A stretch of 64,000 nucleotides of DNA from Gemmatimonadota bacterium. Lineage in GTDB: Bacteria; Gemmatimonadota; Gemmatimonadetes; Gemmatimonadales; GWC2-71-9. Below, one piece after another: positions 27,046 to 37,558 of this stretch. Within the stretch, counting starts at the first letter, position 1; every line of letters begins with the position of its first letter. The stretch spans positions 1,886 to 65,885 of the forward strand of contig JBDHKN010000036.1 of assembly GCA_039586365.1 (NCBI GenBank), in the 5' to 3' direction. The notes under the pieces were generated by a model. That model worked only from the letters and a program-made list of their open reading frames with translations, was not told the DNA's origin and ran no database searches. Made by a program: the position numbers and the translations under genes.

Positions 27046-29328
27046 CTACTTACCGAAACTGTCCAGATCTTCCATTCCGATAAGCACTTCCCTCGCTTTC
27101 GACCCATCGGGCGGCCCGAGGATCCCAGCTTCATAGAGTTGGTCTATTATGCGGGCGGCTCGCCCATACCCGATCCGCAGCTTACGCTGCAGTAACGAAG
27201 TCGAGCCAAGCTGGTGTGTGACGCAGGTTTCCGCCGCCTCACGGAACAGCGGATCACGTTCACCTGCGGTCTCCCCCACTCCACGCTCAGCAGCAGCTTC
27301 CTCGACCTCCAGGGCAGCAACCACTGCAAGGATATCCTCCTCCGGTTCTGGACCAAGCAGGCCTTCCCGTTCCAGCTCCGCATCCCGAGCCTCCAGCCGC
27401 ATCCGGAACCAGTCCATTAGGGCTTCGGTCTCATCCGTATCGATGAACGCTCCCTGGACACGTATCGGCTCACTCCTGCCCGGGGGCAGGAACAACATGT
27501 CGCCGTTTCCAAGCAGTGTCTCCGCACCGTTCTGATCCAGGATGGTTCTACTGTCAACCTTGGAAGCCACACGAAACGCGACCCTGCTGGGGAAATTGGC
27601 CTTTATCAGACCGGTGATCACATTCACACTGGGGCGCTGCGTGGCAAGAATGAGGTGGATACCGGTGGCTCTCGCTTTCTGTGCCAGTATCGCCAGCGGC
27701 TTCTCTACTTCTCCTTGCACCGTCATCATGAGATCGGCCAGCTCGTCTACGAAGAGGACGACAAAGGGAAGTGGGCCTGACTCGTAGATCAGGGGCAAGC
27801 TGGGGGCAGCTGACTCCATATCGTCACTTCCCACCGCAGAGACAGCTGCGTCCGTGCTCAACTCAGCCGGCCTGGTCCCCGCCGCACCGCGTTGCTCTCC
27901 GGGCTCCACCAGTTCCTTGCCCTCGCGGACCTTCTTGTTGAAGTCGTGCATATTCCGCGCACCATTAGCGTGGAACAGCTCGTAGCGTCGTTCCATCTCA
28001 TGAATGGCCCACTTGAGAACTTGTGCAGCCTGTTTGTTGTCGGTCACTACCGGATGCCTAAGGTGCGGAAGCGCGCCGTACATCGAAAGCTCGACCATCT
28101 TCGGGTCAATCATGAGCATCCGTAATTCCTGCGGCGTGTATCGATAGACCAAGCCGGTAATGATCGAATTGATGCACACCGATTTGCCTGACCCAGTCGC
28201 CCCAGCTATCAACAGGTGCGGCATCTTCTCGAGATCGGCTATTATCGGCTCCCCCTCGAGGTTCTTGCCCAACGGGATGGGAATCACTGCTGGCGCCTTG
28301 CGCCATTCTGGCGAGTCGAGCAGATCTCGTAGCGGCACCATTTGCGGGGTCGGATTGGGCACCTCGACACCGACAGCAGCCTTCCCGGGAATGGGTGCGA
28401 CGATTCGTATTGACTTGGCGCGCATAGCGAGGGCGAGGTCATCGGCCAGCGATGCAATGCGACCAACCTTGACGCCAGGAGCCGGAGCTACCTCGTACTG
28501 AGTTACCACCGGGCCGGTAGTCCTACCTACGATCCTTCCTTCGACTCGAAACGTGCCCAGCGTGTGCACCAGGACGTCACCCAACCGGTCCAAGGCGTTG
28601 TCATCCCCTGACATGGACTCATCCGATCCATCGCGGAGGAGACCTATGGGTGGCAGGTATTCCTCGCGTTCTGCAGTTGATCTTCTGAGTCTGCCAAGCA
28701 ACCCCTTGCCCTGCGATCTCCGGCCCGCTGCGGCAGCATTGTCAGGAGAGCGATCGGAGCCATGGCCAGTCGAGGGCAAAACAGAAACGGCGGAGTCCTC
28801 ACTGTTCTCCTTCTTTCCCCGCTGTCTCTTGCGGTCCCCTGCAGCCACCCGTCCGAACGGATACCAATCCAGAGAGTAGACAGTGAGTCCTGAGACCATT
28901 GCCAGGCCGACAATTACCGCTCCCGCTGTGCCGACTACCGACCTGATCATGACGATGAAGAGTGCTGGTACCACACCGACGGTGCGCTGCGCAAACGTCC
29001 AGTCCTGGTAGTCGGGGGGGAGGTCGGCAGTTGCCCGTATGCCCGCTATCAGCGCGACGGCATAGGGGACGACAATAGCGAGACCGGCCGACAGCACCGC
29101 CGCGCGATGCAGGCCTGGCTCGCTTAGTCGGCGCAATCCCGCCATCCCCGTGAGGATTCCTAGAGCAGGGATCACTGCCGCCCCTGAACCGCAGTATTTC
29201 CAGAGTAGGCCACCTACGAAACGGCCACCTGGTCCCGTCACATCCCAGGGAAGAAGAGTTAGTCCAAAGAAGACACCTGCCAGAAGGGAAACGATCGCAA
29301 GCAGCTCCTGCCTGCGGCGTGGCGTCAT
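27046..29328 (-). CDS. ftsK: DNA translocase FtsK
   Basis: It has N-terminal TM helices, a linker, the motor motifs PHLLIAGATGSGKS and LATQRPSV, and a winged-helix gamma domain at the C-terminus (LLQRKLRIGYGRAARIIDQL). Confidence 0.95.
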   Translation of the reverse strand: MTPRRRQELLAIVSLLAGVFFGLTLLPWDVTGPGGRFVGGLLWKYCGSGAAVIPALGILTGMAGLRRLSEPGLHRAAVLSAGLAIVVPYAVALIAGIRATADLPPDYQDWTFAQRTVGVVPALFIVMIRSVVGTAGAVIVGLAMVSGLTVYSLDWYPFGRVAAGDRKRQRGKKENSEDSAVSVLPSTGHGSDRSPDNAAAAGRRSQGKGLLGRLRRSTAEREEYLPPIGLLRDGSDESMSGDDNALDRLGDVLVHTLGTFRVEGRIVGRTTGPVVTQYEVAPAPGVKVGRIASLADDLALAMRAKSIRIVAPIPGKAAVGVEVPNPTPQMVPLRDLLDSPEWRKAPAVIPIPLGKNLEGEPIIADLEKMPHLLIAGATGSGKSVCINSIITGLVYRYTPQELRMLMIDPKMVELSMYGALPHLRHPVVTDNKQAAQVLKWAIHEMERRYELFHANGARNMHDFNKKVREGKELVEPGEQRGAAGTRPAELSTDAAVSAVGSDDMESAAPSLPLIYESGPLPFVVLFVDELADLMMTVQGEVEKPLAILAQKARATGIHLILATQRPSVNVITGLIKANFPSRVAFRVASKVDSRTILDQNGAETLLGNGDMLFLPPGRSEPIRVQGAFIDTDETEALMDWFRMRLEARDAELEREGLLGPEPEEDILAVVAALEVEEAAAERGVGETAGERDPLFREAAETCVTHQLGSTSLLQRKLRIGYGRAARIIDQLYEAGILGPPDGSKAREVLIGMEDLDSFGK

Positions 29329-29335
29329 GCTCCTC

Positions 29336-30079
29336 CTAGGTCGAGTTCGGTACAGTTACCAGGCGTTCTGAATATACCGGGACAATGTCATACCGATCGA
29401 CCTCTGTTGCCGCTTCGAGGTCGTCCCGGAAACCGAGCTGTCTCAGGTTCCTGGCCGCCGCACTGGCTCCGATCGCTCGTTTCCACTTGTCGCCGTAGCG
29501 TCGTACCAGCTCGATGCACGCGATGGCCGCGTCATTGAGATCGGGACCGCGCCGTTGACGCGGGGGGACCAGTTCGCAAGCGAACCTTCCTGCTGTGTAC
29601 GCATCCTCCAGCGCAAACATGCGTTCACGGCCCGCACACAGTATGATGAATTCACCGCAGCGATGGAGCGCCTCGCGGGCGCGTTCCACAGCCGCAGAGA
29701 AGTTTGTGATGGCCCCGATTAGGACAGGGCTACCGAATTCGGCAGCGCGGAGCGCAGGCGTCCCATTCGTCGTGGCCATGACAAGCGTCTTGGCACGAAC
29801 TGCTGCACCCGTCATCTCTAGAGGGGAGTTACCCAGGTCAAAACCTTCTATCCTCCTCGCACCGCGCTCTCCTGCAAGCAGGACACTGCCACGTTCGAGG
29901 CCCTCAGCCACTTTCAAGGCCTCGTCCGGTGATTCCGCTGGTACAACCGAGCGGGCGCCGTTTGCCAGAGCCGCGACTATCGACGATGTCGCCCTGAGAA
30001 CGTCCAATACCAACACCGGTTTCCCGGCGATCTCGTGGTTCTTGACACCGAGCGGTGTGAAGTAGACCAACAATCTCAT
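29336..30079 (-). CDS. comB: 2-phosphosulfolactate phosphatase family protein (ComB-like)
   Basis: Motifs are [18 protein letters not shown] and [17 protein letters not shown]. An ATGA overlap joins it to the accC stop. Confidence 0.85.
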   Translation of the reverse strand: MRLLVYFTPLGVKNHEIAGKPVLVLDVLRATSSIVAALANGARSVVPAESPDEALKVAEGLERGSVLLAGERGARRIEGFDLGNSPLEMTGAAVRAKTLVMATTNGTPALRAAEFGSPVLIGAITNFSAAVERAREALHRCGEFIILCAGRERMFALEDAYTAGRFACELVPPRQRRGPDLNDAAIACIELVRRYGDKWKRAIGASAAARNLRQLGFRDDLEAATEVDRYDIVPVYSERLVTVPNST

Positions 30080-31434
30080 GCAGCTGGTTTCAGAAGGTCC
30101 GGTTCTCGTTCCAAGAGTTTGGTGTCAACCTTCCCTGACACGAAATCCGGGTGTTGAATTACGCGCTGCAGAAACGGGATGGTTGTGGTCACGCCTTCGA
30201 CGATAAACGAATCGAGCGCGTGAACCATCCGCGACAGTGCCTCGTCCCGAGTTCTACCATGGACAATGACCTTGGCGAGGAGAGAGTCATAATAGGGTGG
30301 TACGGTATACCCGGCATAGATATGAGTATCAACTCGCACACCCGGCCCACCTGGTGGATGGTATGAGGTAATTGTGCCAGGACACGGCTGGAAGTTGCGA
30401 TAAGGATCTTCCGCATTCACACGGCATTCGATTGCATGCCCGCGGAGTTGGTTCCCATGCATGGCAAGGTTCAAAGGTTCCCCAGCAGCCGTCTTGATCT
30501 GCTCTTTCACGAGATCGAAGTTGGTGACCATCTCGGTGACAGGATGTTCAACTTGGATCCGCGTATTCATCTCCATGAAGTAGTACGCACCGTCCTCTTC
30601 GACCAAGAACTCCACAGTGCCGGCTCCCACGTAACCGATGCGTCCAGCCAGCCTTACTGCTTCAGCTCCCAGTTGCTCCCTCAACTCCTGATTTATTCCC
30701 GGGCTGGGGGACTCTTCGATCAGCTTCTGATGGCGGCGCTGCACAGAGCAGTCGCGTTCACCGAGATGCATCGCCTTCCCCAACCTGTCTCCCATAATCT
30801 GAATCTCGACGTGTCGCGGACGAGCCAAGAACTTCTCGACATAGACTGCCGAGCTGCCAAACGCAGCCAGAGCCTCGTTGCGTGCCAATTGGAAGGCGTG
30901 AGAGAACGACTCTTGGTCATGAGCCACGCGCATACCCTTTCCACCACCACCCGCAGCCGCTTTGATTATGACTGGGAAGCCAATGCTCTCGGCTATCTCT
31001 TGAGCCTCGTCAGGATCATCCACCGCACCCCGGGAACCAGGAATGACTGGAATGCCCAGTTCCTGCGCGAGCTTTCTGGCCGCAGCCTTGTCTCCCATGA
31101 GCCTGATCTGCTCCGGCGTGGGCCCAATGAAGTGGATCTTCGATGCTGCACAAGTTTCAGCGAAACTCGCGCTTTCGGCCAGGAATCCGTAACCGGGATG
31201 TATGGCGTCAGCACCAGTGATCTCGGCTGCTGCGATTATGCTGGGAATCCGCAAGTAGGATAGACGGCTGGGAGGCGGGCCGATACAGACCTCATCGTCT
31301 GCAAACCGCACATGCAGGCTCTCTCGATCCGCCTCACTGAAGACCGCAACCGTTTCAACCTCCAACTCTTTGCAGGCGCGGATGACCCGTAAGGCGATCT
31401 CCCCACGGTTAGCAATAAGTATCTTCTTGAACAT
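30076..31434 (-). CDS. accC: Acetyl-CoA carboxylase biotin carboxylase subunit
   Basis: The N-terminus is [21 protein letters not shown]. It has ATP-grasp motifs and [14 protein letters not shown]. Confidence 0.97.
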   Translation of the reverse strand: MFKKILIANRGEIALRVIRACKELEVETVAVFSEADRESLHVRFADDEVCIGPPPSRLSYLRIPSIIAAAEITGADAIHPGYGFLAESASFAETCAASKIHFIGPTPEQIRLMGDKAAARKLAQELGIPVIPGSRGAVDDPDEAQEIAESIGFPVIIKAAAGGGGKGMRVAHDQESFSHAFQLARNEALAAFGSSAVYVEKFLARPRHVEIQIMGDRLGKAMHLGERDCSVQRRHQKLIEESPSPGINQELREQLGAEAVRLAGRIGYVGAGTVEFLVEEDGAYYFMEMNTRIQVEHPVTEMVTNFDLVKEQIKTAAGEPLNLAMHGNQLRGHAIECRVNAEDPYRNFQPCPGTITSYHPPGGPGVRVDTHIYAGYTVPPYYDSLLAKVIVHGRTRDEALSRMVHALDSFIVEGVTTTIPFLQRVIQHPDFVSGKVDTKLLEREPDLLKPAA

Positions 31435-31436
31435 AC

Positions 31437-32615
31437 TTAGGGCGTGAAATCTTCCTGCAGCCCGGGCAGCTCGTCTTCAACATCGCTACCCAGTTGCTCG
31501 GAAAACGTCCGGTCGGACGTTCCCTCGATACCGCTCACACGCAGCGCAAACTCGCTGGGATTGGACGAATAGAAGAGAGCGCTCTCATAGGATATCACTC
31601 CCTTTTGATACCAGTCCATCAGCGACTGGTCAAACGACTGCATTCCGTATTGTACAGTACCCTCCTTGATCAACTCGGGAATGTCCAGTGACCTCTCGGC
31701 ATCCCGAATGTTGTCCCTGACCGCGGCGGTGTTGATCAAGATCTCGCACGCTGGCACTCTGCTCTTTCCGTCCTTGGTCGGTACCAACCGCAGAGAGGCT
31801 ACGGCCTCCAATGCAGTGCTCAACAAGTTCCTCACCGCATCGTGCTCGTGGGGTGGGAAGAAAGAGATGATACGATTGATGGTCTGCGTCGCATCTGTCG
31901 TGTGCAGTGTTGAGAACACAAGGTGCCCCGTGTCGGCAGCCTTCATGGCTGTGTCGAGAGTGAGCCGATCTCGGATCTCTCCGATCAGCACCACGTCTGG
32001 ATCCTGCCGCAGCACATGCCTCAGTGCAGAGTCAAAGGAAAGCGTGTCAGATCCGACCTCACGCTGCGATACATTGGCGACTTCATCCCGATGCAAGAAC
32101 TCGATCGGGTCCTCGATGGTGATCACGTTGCACTTGCGATTGCGGTTGATGTGACGGATCATCGCAGCCAGCGCAGTCGATTTCCCTGACCCAGTCACGC
32201 CAGTGACCAACACTAGGCCGCGTGGCTTCAGAGCAATGGTCTCAAGTACGGAGGGAAGGTTGAGTTCATCAACCGATTTCACCTCATATGGGATTGCCCG
32301 GAAAACGAAAGCCAAGGTGCCGCGTTGCTGGAACACGTTGGTGCGGAAACGACCGACTCCAGGAACGCCAATCGCGAAATCGGCTTCCTTGTGCTCGGCG
32401 AACTCCTTCACCTGCCGTGAGGTCATGATTTGTTCCGCCAGTGCCTTGAGCTCTTCGGGTTTCAGTGGCTGCTGGTCCAACTGCTGAAGATCACCGGCCA
32501 CGCGAATCGTCGGCGGACGTCCGACTTTGAGATGGAGATCGGAACCGGCACGCTGGACCATGTCCGTGATCGCTTGCTTGAAGCTGAACGGTATTGGCTG
32601 GCCTGTATTATCCAT
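31437..32615 (-). CDS. pilT: PilT/PilU-family type IV pilus retraction-type ATPase
   Basis: ATG 32615 overlaps the accB stop (ATGGATAA). Motifs are SDLHLKVG, Walker [10 protein letters not shown], Walker [10 protein letters not shown], His box [10 protein letters not shown] and AAVRDNIRD (similar to AIRNLIRE). The TAA stop lies 2 nt before the accC ATG. Confidence 0.9.
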   Translation of the reverse strand: MDNTGQPIPFSFKQAITDMVQRAGSDLHLKVGRPPTIRVAGDLQQLDQQPLKPEELKALAEQIMTSRQVKEFAEHKEADFAIGVPGVGRFRTNVFQQRGTLAFVFRAIPYEVKSVDELNLPSVLETIALKPRGLVLVTGVTGSGKSTALAAMIRHINRNRKCNVITIEDPIEFLHRDEVANVSQREVGSDTLSFDSALRHVLRQDPDVVLIGEIRDRLTLDTAMKAADTGHLVFSTLHTTDATQTINRIISFFPPHEHDAVRNLLSTALEAVASLRLVPTKDGKSRVPACEILINTAAVRDNIRDAERSLDIPELIKEGTVQYGMQSFDQSLMDWYQKGVISYESALFYSSNPSEFALRVSGIEGTSDRTFSEQLGSDVEDELPGLQEDFTP

Positions 32616-33102
32616 TGGGGTCCACCCTGAACAGTATCTGTCCGAATTCCACCGGTTGCGCATCCTGCACCGCGATTTCTTTGATGATTCCCGAGACCTC
32701 TGCATCCAGTGGATTCATGATTTTCATCGCTTCGATGATGCACAGAGTCTGACCGAGGTTCACTCGGCTACCGACTCTAACATAGGGCTCAGCACCTGGC
32801 TCAGGTTGAGCATAGAAGGTTCCCACCATCGGTGACTTGATTTCTAAAAGGTTGGTGGACCTATCTCCTCCGTCTGCAGTTCCTGCCGCTTCCGCAGTTG
32901 GCGGCGGTGTGGCAGGGGCAGACACCGGAGGCGCCATCACAGCCGGCTGAGCCGCTACTTGGTACGTCACCGGCCCGGTGGTATGCAGCCCCGGGCTCTT
33001 CGATATCCGTATTGTCGTGGTCCATCTCCTGATCTCGATGGTCTCGGCGTCGGATCGGCCAAGCAGATCAAGGAGCCTTTCTACAAAGGATAGATTGATC
33101 AT
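32608..33102 (-). CDS. accB: Biotin carboxyl carrier protein of acetyl-CoA carboxylase
   Basis: It has a Pro/Ala linker and the biotinyl-lysine motif CIIEAMKIMN. An ATGA overlap joins it to the efp stop. Confidence 0.95.
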   Translation of the reverse strand: MINLSFVERLLDLLGRSDAETIEIRRWTTTIRISKSPGLHTTGPVTYQVAAQPAVMAPPVSAPATPPPTAEAAGTADGGDRSTNLLEIKSPMVGTFYAQPEPGAEPYVRVGSRVNLGQTLCIIEAMKIMNPLDAEVSGIIKEIAVQDAQPVEFGQILFRVDPNG

Positions 33103-33659
33103 ACGCGCTCTAAGTATTTGTCTTCCCGTCGGTCTACTTTGATGACCTGCCCCTGTTCGACAAACAGTGGTACTTGCACAACTGCACCCGTCTCCAGCTT
33201 GGCAGGTTTGGTCCCGCCAGACGCGGTATCCCCACGAACTCCAGGCTCCGTTTCTACAACAGCCAGTTCAATGAAAAACGGCAACTCTATGGAAATGACC
33301 CCGCCATCGTGAACGAGTCCCGAACACTCCATACCCTCTTTCAGATACCTCATCTGATCATCACCGATGATCTCATCAGTGATGGGGATGTCATCGTATG
33401 TCTGTAAATCCATGAAATGAAACAAGTGCCCATCGCTGTACGAGTATTGAACGGGTCGACGTTCCAGCCTCACCTCTTTCACCCGCTCACCCGCGTTCCA
33501 GGTCCGATCGAGGACTGCGCCAGTCTTCACATTCTTGAGTTTGCTTCGCACAAAGGCACCACCTTTGCCGGGCTTCACATGCTGAAAATAGACAATCTGG
33601 AATAGCTGCCCGTCGATCTCGAGCACCATGCCGTTTCGGAAATCAGCCGTCGTTGCCAT
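33099..33659 (-). CDS. efp: Elongation factor P
   Basis: The conserved N-terminus MATTADFRNGMVLEIDGQLFQIVYFQHVKPGKGGAFVRSKLKN is at ATG 33659. The upstream 55 codons of the long ORF were rejected. Confidence 0.95.
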   Translation of the reverse strand: MATTADFRNGMVLEIDGQLFQIVYFQHVKPGKGGAFVRSKLKNVKTGAVLDRTWNAGERVKEVRLERRPVQYSYSDGHLFHFMDLQTYDDIPITDEIIGDDQMRYLKEGMECSGLVHDGGVISIELPFFIELAVVETEPGVRGDTASGGTKPAKLETGAVVQVPLFVEQGQVIKVDRREDKYLERV

Positions 33660-33666
33660 CGCTTTC

Positions 33667-34761
33667 CTAGGTAAGCTCCCGTAGCTCGGTTCTGCCATCA
33701 GACAGGATCTCGGTCCCCTCAGCTCCCAAATAGACGTCGTCTTCGATTCGCACGCCACCCCAGCCAGATATGTAGATGCCCGGCTCAATGGTGACCACGG
33801 AGTCAGCCGGAAGCGGTGCCTCATTGGTCTTGCTCACGCGTGGGTCCTCGTGGAGTTCGAGTCCAAGACCATGCCCCAGCGAGTGTCCGAACTCAGCTGC
33901 GAAACCACGTTCCTCGATTAGCGAGCGGGCAAGAGAATCTGCTTCGCAACCCGTCATTCCCGCTTTTACACTCTGTCTTGCTGACAACTGCGCCAGGCGC
34001 ACCAAGTCGTATACGGTCCGCTGACGTTCATCCGCCCGCCTGCCAATGACAACGGTCCGCGTAATATCTGCGCAGTATCCATCCACTTGGGCCCCAAAGT
34101 CAAGGAGCAACAAGTCTCCGGCTGCAATCTCTCTACGCTCAGTTCGGGCGTGCGGCAATGCGCTTCGATGCCCCGAGGCTACGATCGTCGGAAAAGGGTG
34201 CCACTCGCTACCCCGCATGCGGAGCTCCCGCTCGAGAGTAGCGGCCACTTCCGATTCCCGCTGGCCAGCCCGTACCTGGGTGAGAGTGGCATCCAGCGCC
34301 TCTCCCGCCAGCCGAGCTGCTTCCCTGATTGCCGCGACCTCAGCGGGGTCCTTTGCCACTCGCAGCCGCTCGACCAAACCTGTGACAGGTGTTAGGGTGA
34401 TTCCCAAACCGATACCAGAAAAGTCCCTGGCCCGCTGTACTGTAACGGCGTGAGCCTCGAATCCCAACTGCTTCTTCCCAGGCAACCCGCCCAAGATCTC
34501 CCAGAGTCGGGACCACACATCGGCTGGCACCGTCTCGACACGGACTGTTCTGCCGACTTCCTGTTCGGCTTGAGTCCGGTAGCGGAAATCGGTCAGGAAG
34601 ATAGTCTCCCGCCTTAGCACTGCGACGACGCCCGCAGACCCGCTGAATCCAGTCAGGTACCTCACATTTGGGAGGTGCGTCACGATGAGCCCGTCGAGTT
34701 CCTCTTGTTCGAGAGACTCGATCAACCTGCTGCACCGTTTTGCCAACTGCTCAGGCGCCAC
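33667..34761 (-). CDS. pepP: Xaa-Pro aminopeptidase (M24B)
   Basis: Starts at GTG 34761. Pita-bread fold motifs are DFGAQVDGYCADITRT, HSLGHGLGLELHE and EPGIY....GGVRIED. Confidence 0.9.
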   Translation of the reverse strand: MAPEQLAKRCSRLIESLEQEELDGLIVTHLPNVRYLTGFSGSAGVVAVLRRETIFLTDFRYRTQAEQEVGRTVRVETVPADVWSRLWEILGGLPGKKQLGFEAHAVTVQRARDFSGIGLGITLTPVTGLVERLRVAKDPAEVAAIREAARLAGEALDATLTQVRAGQRESEVAATLERELRMRGSEWHPFPTIVASGHRSALPHARTERREIAAGDLLLLDFGAQVDGYCADITRTVVIGRRADERQRTVYDLVRLAQLSARQSVKAGMTGCEADSLARSLIEERGFAAEFGHSLGHGLGLELHEDPRVSKTNEAPLPADSVVTIEPGIYISGWGGVRIEDDVYLGAEGTEILSDGRTELRELT

Positions 34762-35194
34762 GCTCTCTCAAGTAGCCCAAGAGCGCGTCCAGACCCAGTA
34801 GGTAGCTCGCCGCACCAAAACCAGCGATCACTCCGACTGCGAGGTCGGCTATGACCGAATACCGGCGCTCTTCTTCTCGCGCAAAGATGTTCGACAGATG
34901 AACTTCGACAAAAGGGATGTCCACAGCGAGTAGGGCGTCACGTACCACCAACGAACCATGACTCAATGCAGCGGCATTGATGAGACTTCCATCGGCTGAT
35001 CCAGGCAGGCCCTGGATCAGATCCACGAACTCCCCCTCGTGGTTGGTTTGATACCAAGAGATGCCGACTCCGGCTTCGCCGGCTCTAGCACGCACGGCCA
35101 GCTCGATATCTTCTAGCTGGACGCGTCCATAGATGTGGGGTTCTCGGAGTCCGAGTAAGTTGAGGTTGGGTCCGTTGAGGACGGAGATCCGCAC
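34751..35194 (-). CDS. aroQ: Type II 3-dehydroquinate dehydratase
   Basis: GTG 35194 directly abuts the upstream TAG. Motifs are LNGPNLNLLG.REP.IYG, QTNHEGE and VEVHLSNI. Confidence 0.95.
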   Translation of the reverse strand: MRISVLNGPNLNLLGLREPHIYGRVQLEDIELAVRARAGEAGVGISWYQTNHEGEFVDLIQGLPGSADGSLINAAALSHGSLVVRDALLAVDIPFVEVHLSNIFAREEERRYSVIADLAVGVIAGFGAASYLLGLDALLGYLRERGA

Positions 35195-37558
35195 CTAGGT
35201 TCTCAGACCCTCGAGCCAGTCCTTGAAATCGTCTTCGGGGGGTTCGTCTCCTTCCTCACCCCAACCGGAAGCACTGGAATCCACAGTCGGTTCTTCCTTT
35301 GACCCGCCATAGAACTCGTCGAACGAAACACCTTGTCCCACCTCGGGCGGTGACAAGGCGTCATCCGAACTCAGTGGCGGAGGCGGCACCACCGGTGTCT
35401 GTCCCCCGAATACCGACGAGAGGGAGACTTCATCAGACGCTGGTACCGTGGGTTCGCCAGGAGGCTCAACCGGCTCACCACCAAAGGCTGACTCCAGGGG
35501 CGAAGGCGCCGGCGACTCTGCTTCAGTGGGAGGTTTGGGTGGCTCGTTGAGATCAATGTCGTCCGCCGACTCCCCCCCGAACACCCGCTGCAGAAACGTC
35601 ACCGCAGACGGTCCGCCGGTCGCGAGCGTGGAGTATCGGGATGCCCGTGATTGGGCAGCAGCGACTCTAGCTCGCTCGGTCAGTTCCTGCACCCGCTTCT
35701 CGAGCACCGAATCGCCCGGCCGCTGCTCCAGCAGCTTCTGGTATGTTTCACGGGCTTGTGAATACAGCCCTTGTTTTGCGTAGACCTCAGCCATCGTCTC
35801 AGTAACAACTGGCTGTGGTTCGGGACTGCCGACTTCGTCCGCTTGTGGCTCATCAGCCACGGCGTCATCCGGCGTGACGAGGGGATGAGCCACTCCCCCT
35901 TCTCCGGTGGACGGTCCCGATTGGCCAGCACCGACGGGCTCCCCAACCTCACCTGTGAACCCAGCGTACTCACCTGGGTCGGAGTGCCCTGAGTCAACAA
36001 CCATCTCCTCAGGCCCCACTTCAGGAATCGGCCCTCCCAAACCCTCCACATCCGCAAGTGCGGGAGTTGACCGACCCGCGACTTCGGTCATTTCGCTCTC
36101 AGAGGATACCTGCCCATCCAGATCGGATTGTGATTGCTCTTCCAGCGTCTCGTGGGGAACGAAACCTCGCTCCCCCGCTGCCTCAATCCGTTCCTCACCC
36201 ACTGCTTCCGCTTGTTGGAGCACCACATCGGTACCAAGCTCTCCAACCACCTCGTCGCTCCGCGCCTCCTCAGTCAACCCTGGATGAACGCTCTCCTCGA
36301 GGATCTCTTCGGCCTGTTGTGACTCCGCATCCACACCACCCACGTCCCCGAGGAACGCCACCGGTGGAGCGACCTCCTCGTGCCGGGCATCCGCTTCCAG
36401 CATATCCTCCGGAGAGATCGCCAATGAACGACGCTCCCCGGTACCCCACTCGAGTCCGTCGTCATACGGCTGTACGTCGAGGTCTTCCGCCTCCGGCTCA
36501 ACTCCCGACTCCGCAGCTTCCTCCAGCGCAGCTTCCGGTTCCATCACGGCACCTGCTGAACCGCCGGGTGGCCCAGGCTCGAACGTTATCAGCTCCTCTT
36601 CCAGAGGCTTGTCCACTGGCGCCGGCCACGACAGCGCCGGTTCCTCATCGATGCCTTCATCCTGGTGTTCCGTATCGGATGGGAACTCTGGTTCGAACAC
36701 CACCATGCGCTCTTCCTCCCCCAAACCTCCCAGCGGACCTTCCTGATATCCTTCCTGGCCCATCTGGTCGGCAGAAACACCGTCCAAACTGACCTCCTCA
36801 GCTGCAGTAGTAATCTCGAGAGCAGACTCCCCTGACGGTGCAAACAGATCAGCGCCTCGGTCGACATGTTCGAACAAGATCACATCCAAGTCGTCACCTT
36901 CGGCTTCAGCGCTCGCCCGAAACGGCTCCTCGCCGGCAGACTGCTCGATCTCCAGAGGCTCGGCCTCTGCAGCAGCCCCCTCCAGGGATATTGGCTGGAT
37001 CGGCTCTTCCGAAACCCCTTCGCCGGCCTCGGCTTCCGGCGCCATCGCGGCCAAAGCCTCAGCCGCCCACGCAGCCCCGGGTTCCACGGCTACCTCCGGC
37101 GCTTCACCGACGGTCGTCTCGCCGCCCACTCGCTCCGTCTCGGTCACCGGCATGACCTCTATGGCGCTCAGTCGTTCCAGAGCCTCCCTCGCCTCGTCGT
37201 TCATGGGATCCACTTCCAGCAGGCGATCAAGCCAGTGCCTCGCCCCGAGAATATCCCCACGCAGCTCAGCAATCTCGCTAAGCGACTTCAGGGCAATGAT
37301 GTTCTCTGCGTCAATCGCGAGAACCTGCTCGAACGCCTGGGCTGCCTCATCATGTTCGGTCTTTTCGAGAAGGCATCGACCCAATACTATGTAGCCGCTG
37401 GCATAGTTGGGACGCATCTCGAGGCCACCCCGGACATAATCCAGCGCGAGATCCAAGTGGCCCTCCTTGCGGTACGCATCTGCAAGGGCCGCAAACCATT
37501 GTTTGGGATTCTCTTCGTAGCGCTGTTCGAGCTTCTCTATTTCGCTCTGATAAGCCAT
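35195..37558 (-). CDS. TPR-repeat protein with a highly acidic, Pro/Ala/Glu-rich central region of about 450 aa
   Basis: Starts at ATG 37558. N-terminal TPRs cover about aa 1-130. A second TPR-like segment carries TMAEVYAKQGLYSQARETYQKLLEQ. No TM helix or signal peptide was seen. Confidence 0.85.
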   Translation of the reverse strand: MAYQSEIEKLEQRYEENPKQWFAALADAYRKEGHLDLALDYVRGGLEMRPNYASGYIVLGRCLLEKTEHDEAAQAFEQVLAIDAENIIALKSLSEIAELRGDILGARHWLDRLLEVDPMNDEAREALERLSAIEVMPVTETERVGGETTVGEAPEVAVEPGAAWAAEALAAMAPEAEAGEGVSEEPIQPISLEGAAAEAEPLEIEQSAGEEPFRASAEAEGDDLDVILFEHVDRGADLFAPSGESALEITTAAEEVSLDGVSADQMGQEGYQEGPLGGLGEEERMVVFEPEFPSDTEHQDEGIDEEPALSWPAPVDKPLEEELITFEPGPPGGSAGAVMEPEAALEEAAESGVEPEAEDLDVQPYDDGLEWGTGERRSLAISPEDMLEADARHEEVAPPVAFLGDVGGVDAESQQAEEILEESVHPGLTEEARSDEVVGELGTDVVLQQAEAVGEERIEAAGERGFVPHETLEEQSQSDLDGQVSSESEMTEVAGRSTPALADVEGLGGPIPEVGPEEMVVDSGHSDPGEYAGFTGEVGEPVGAGQSGPSTGEGGVAHPLVTPDDAVADEPQADEVGSPEPQPVVTETMAEVYAKQGLYSQARETYQKLLEQRPGDSVLEKRVQELTERARVAAAQSRASRYSTLATGGPSAVTFLQRVFGGESADDIDLNEPPKPPTEAESPAPSPLESAFGGEPVEPPGEPTVPASDEVSLSSVFGGQTPVVPPPPLSSDDALSPPEVGQGVSFDEFYGGSKEEPTVDSSASGWGEEGDEPPEDDFKDWLEGLRT

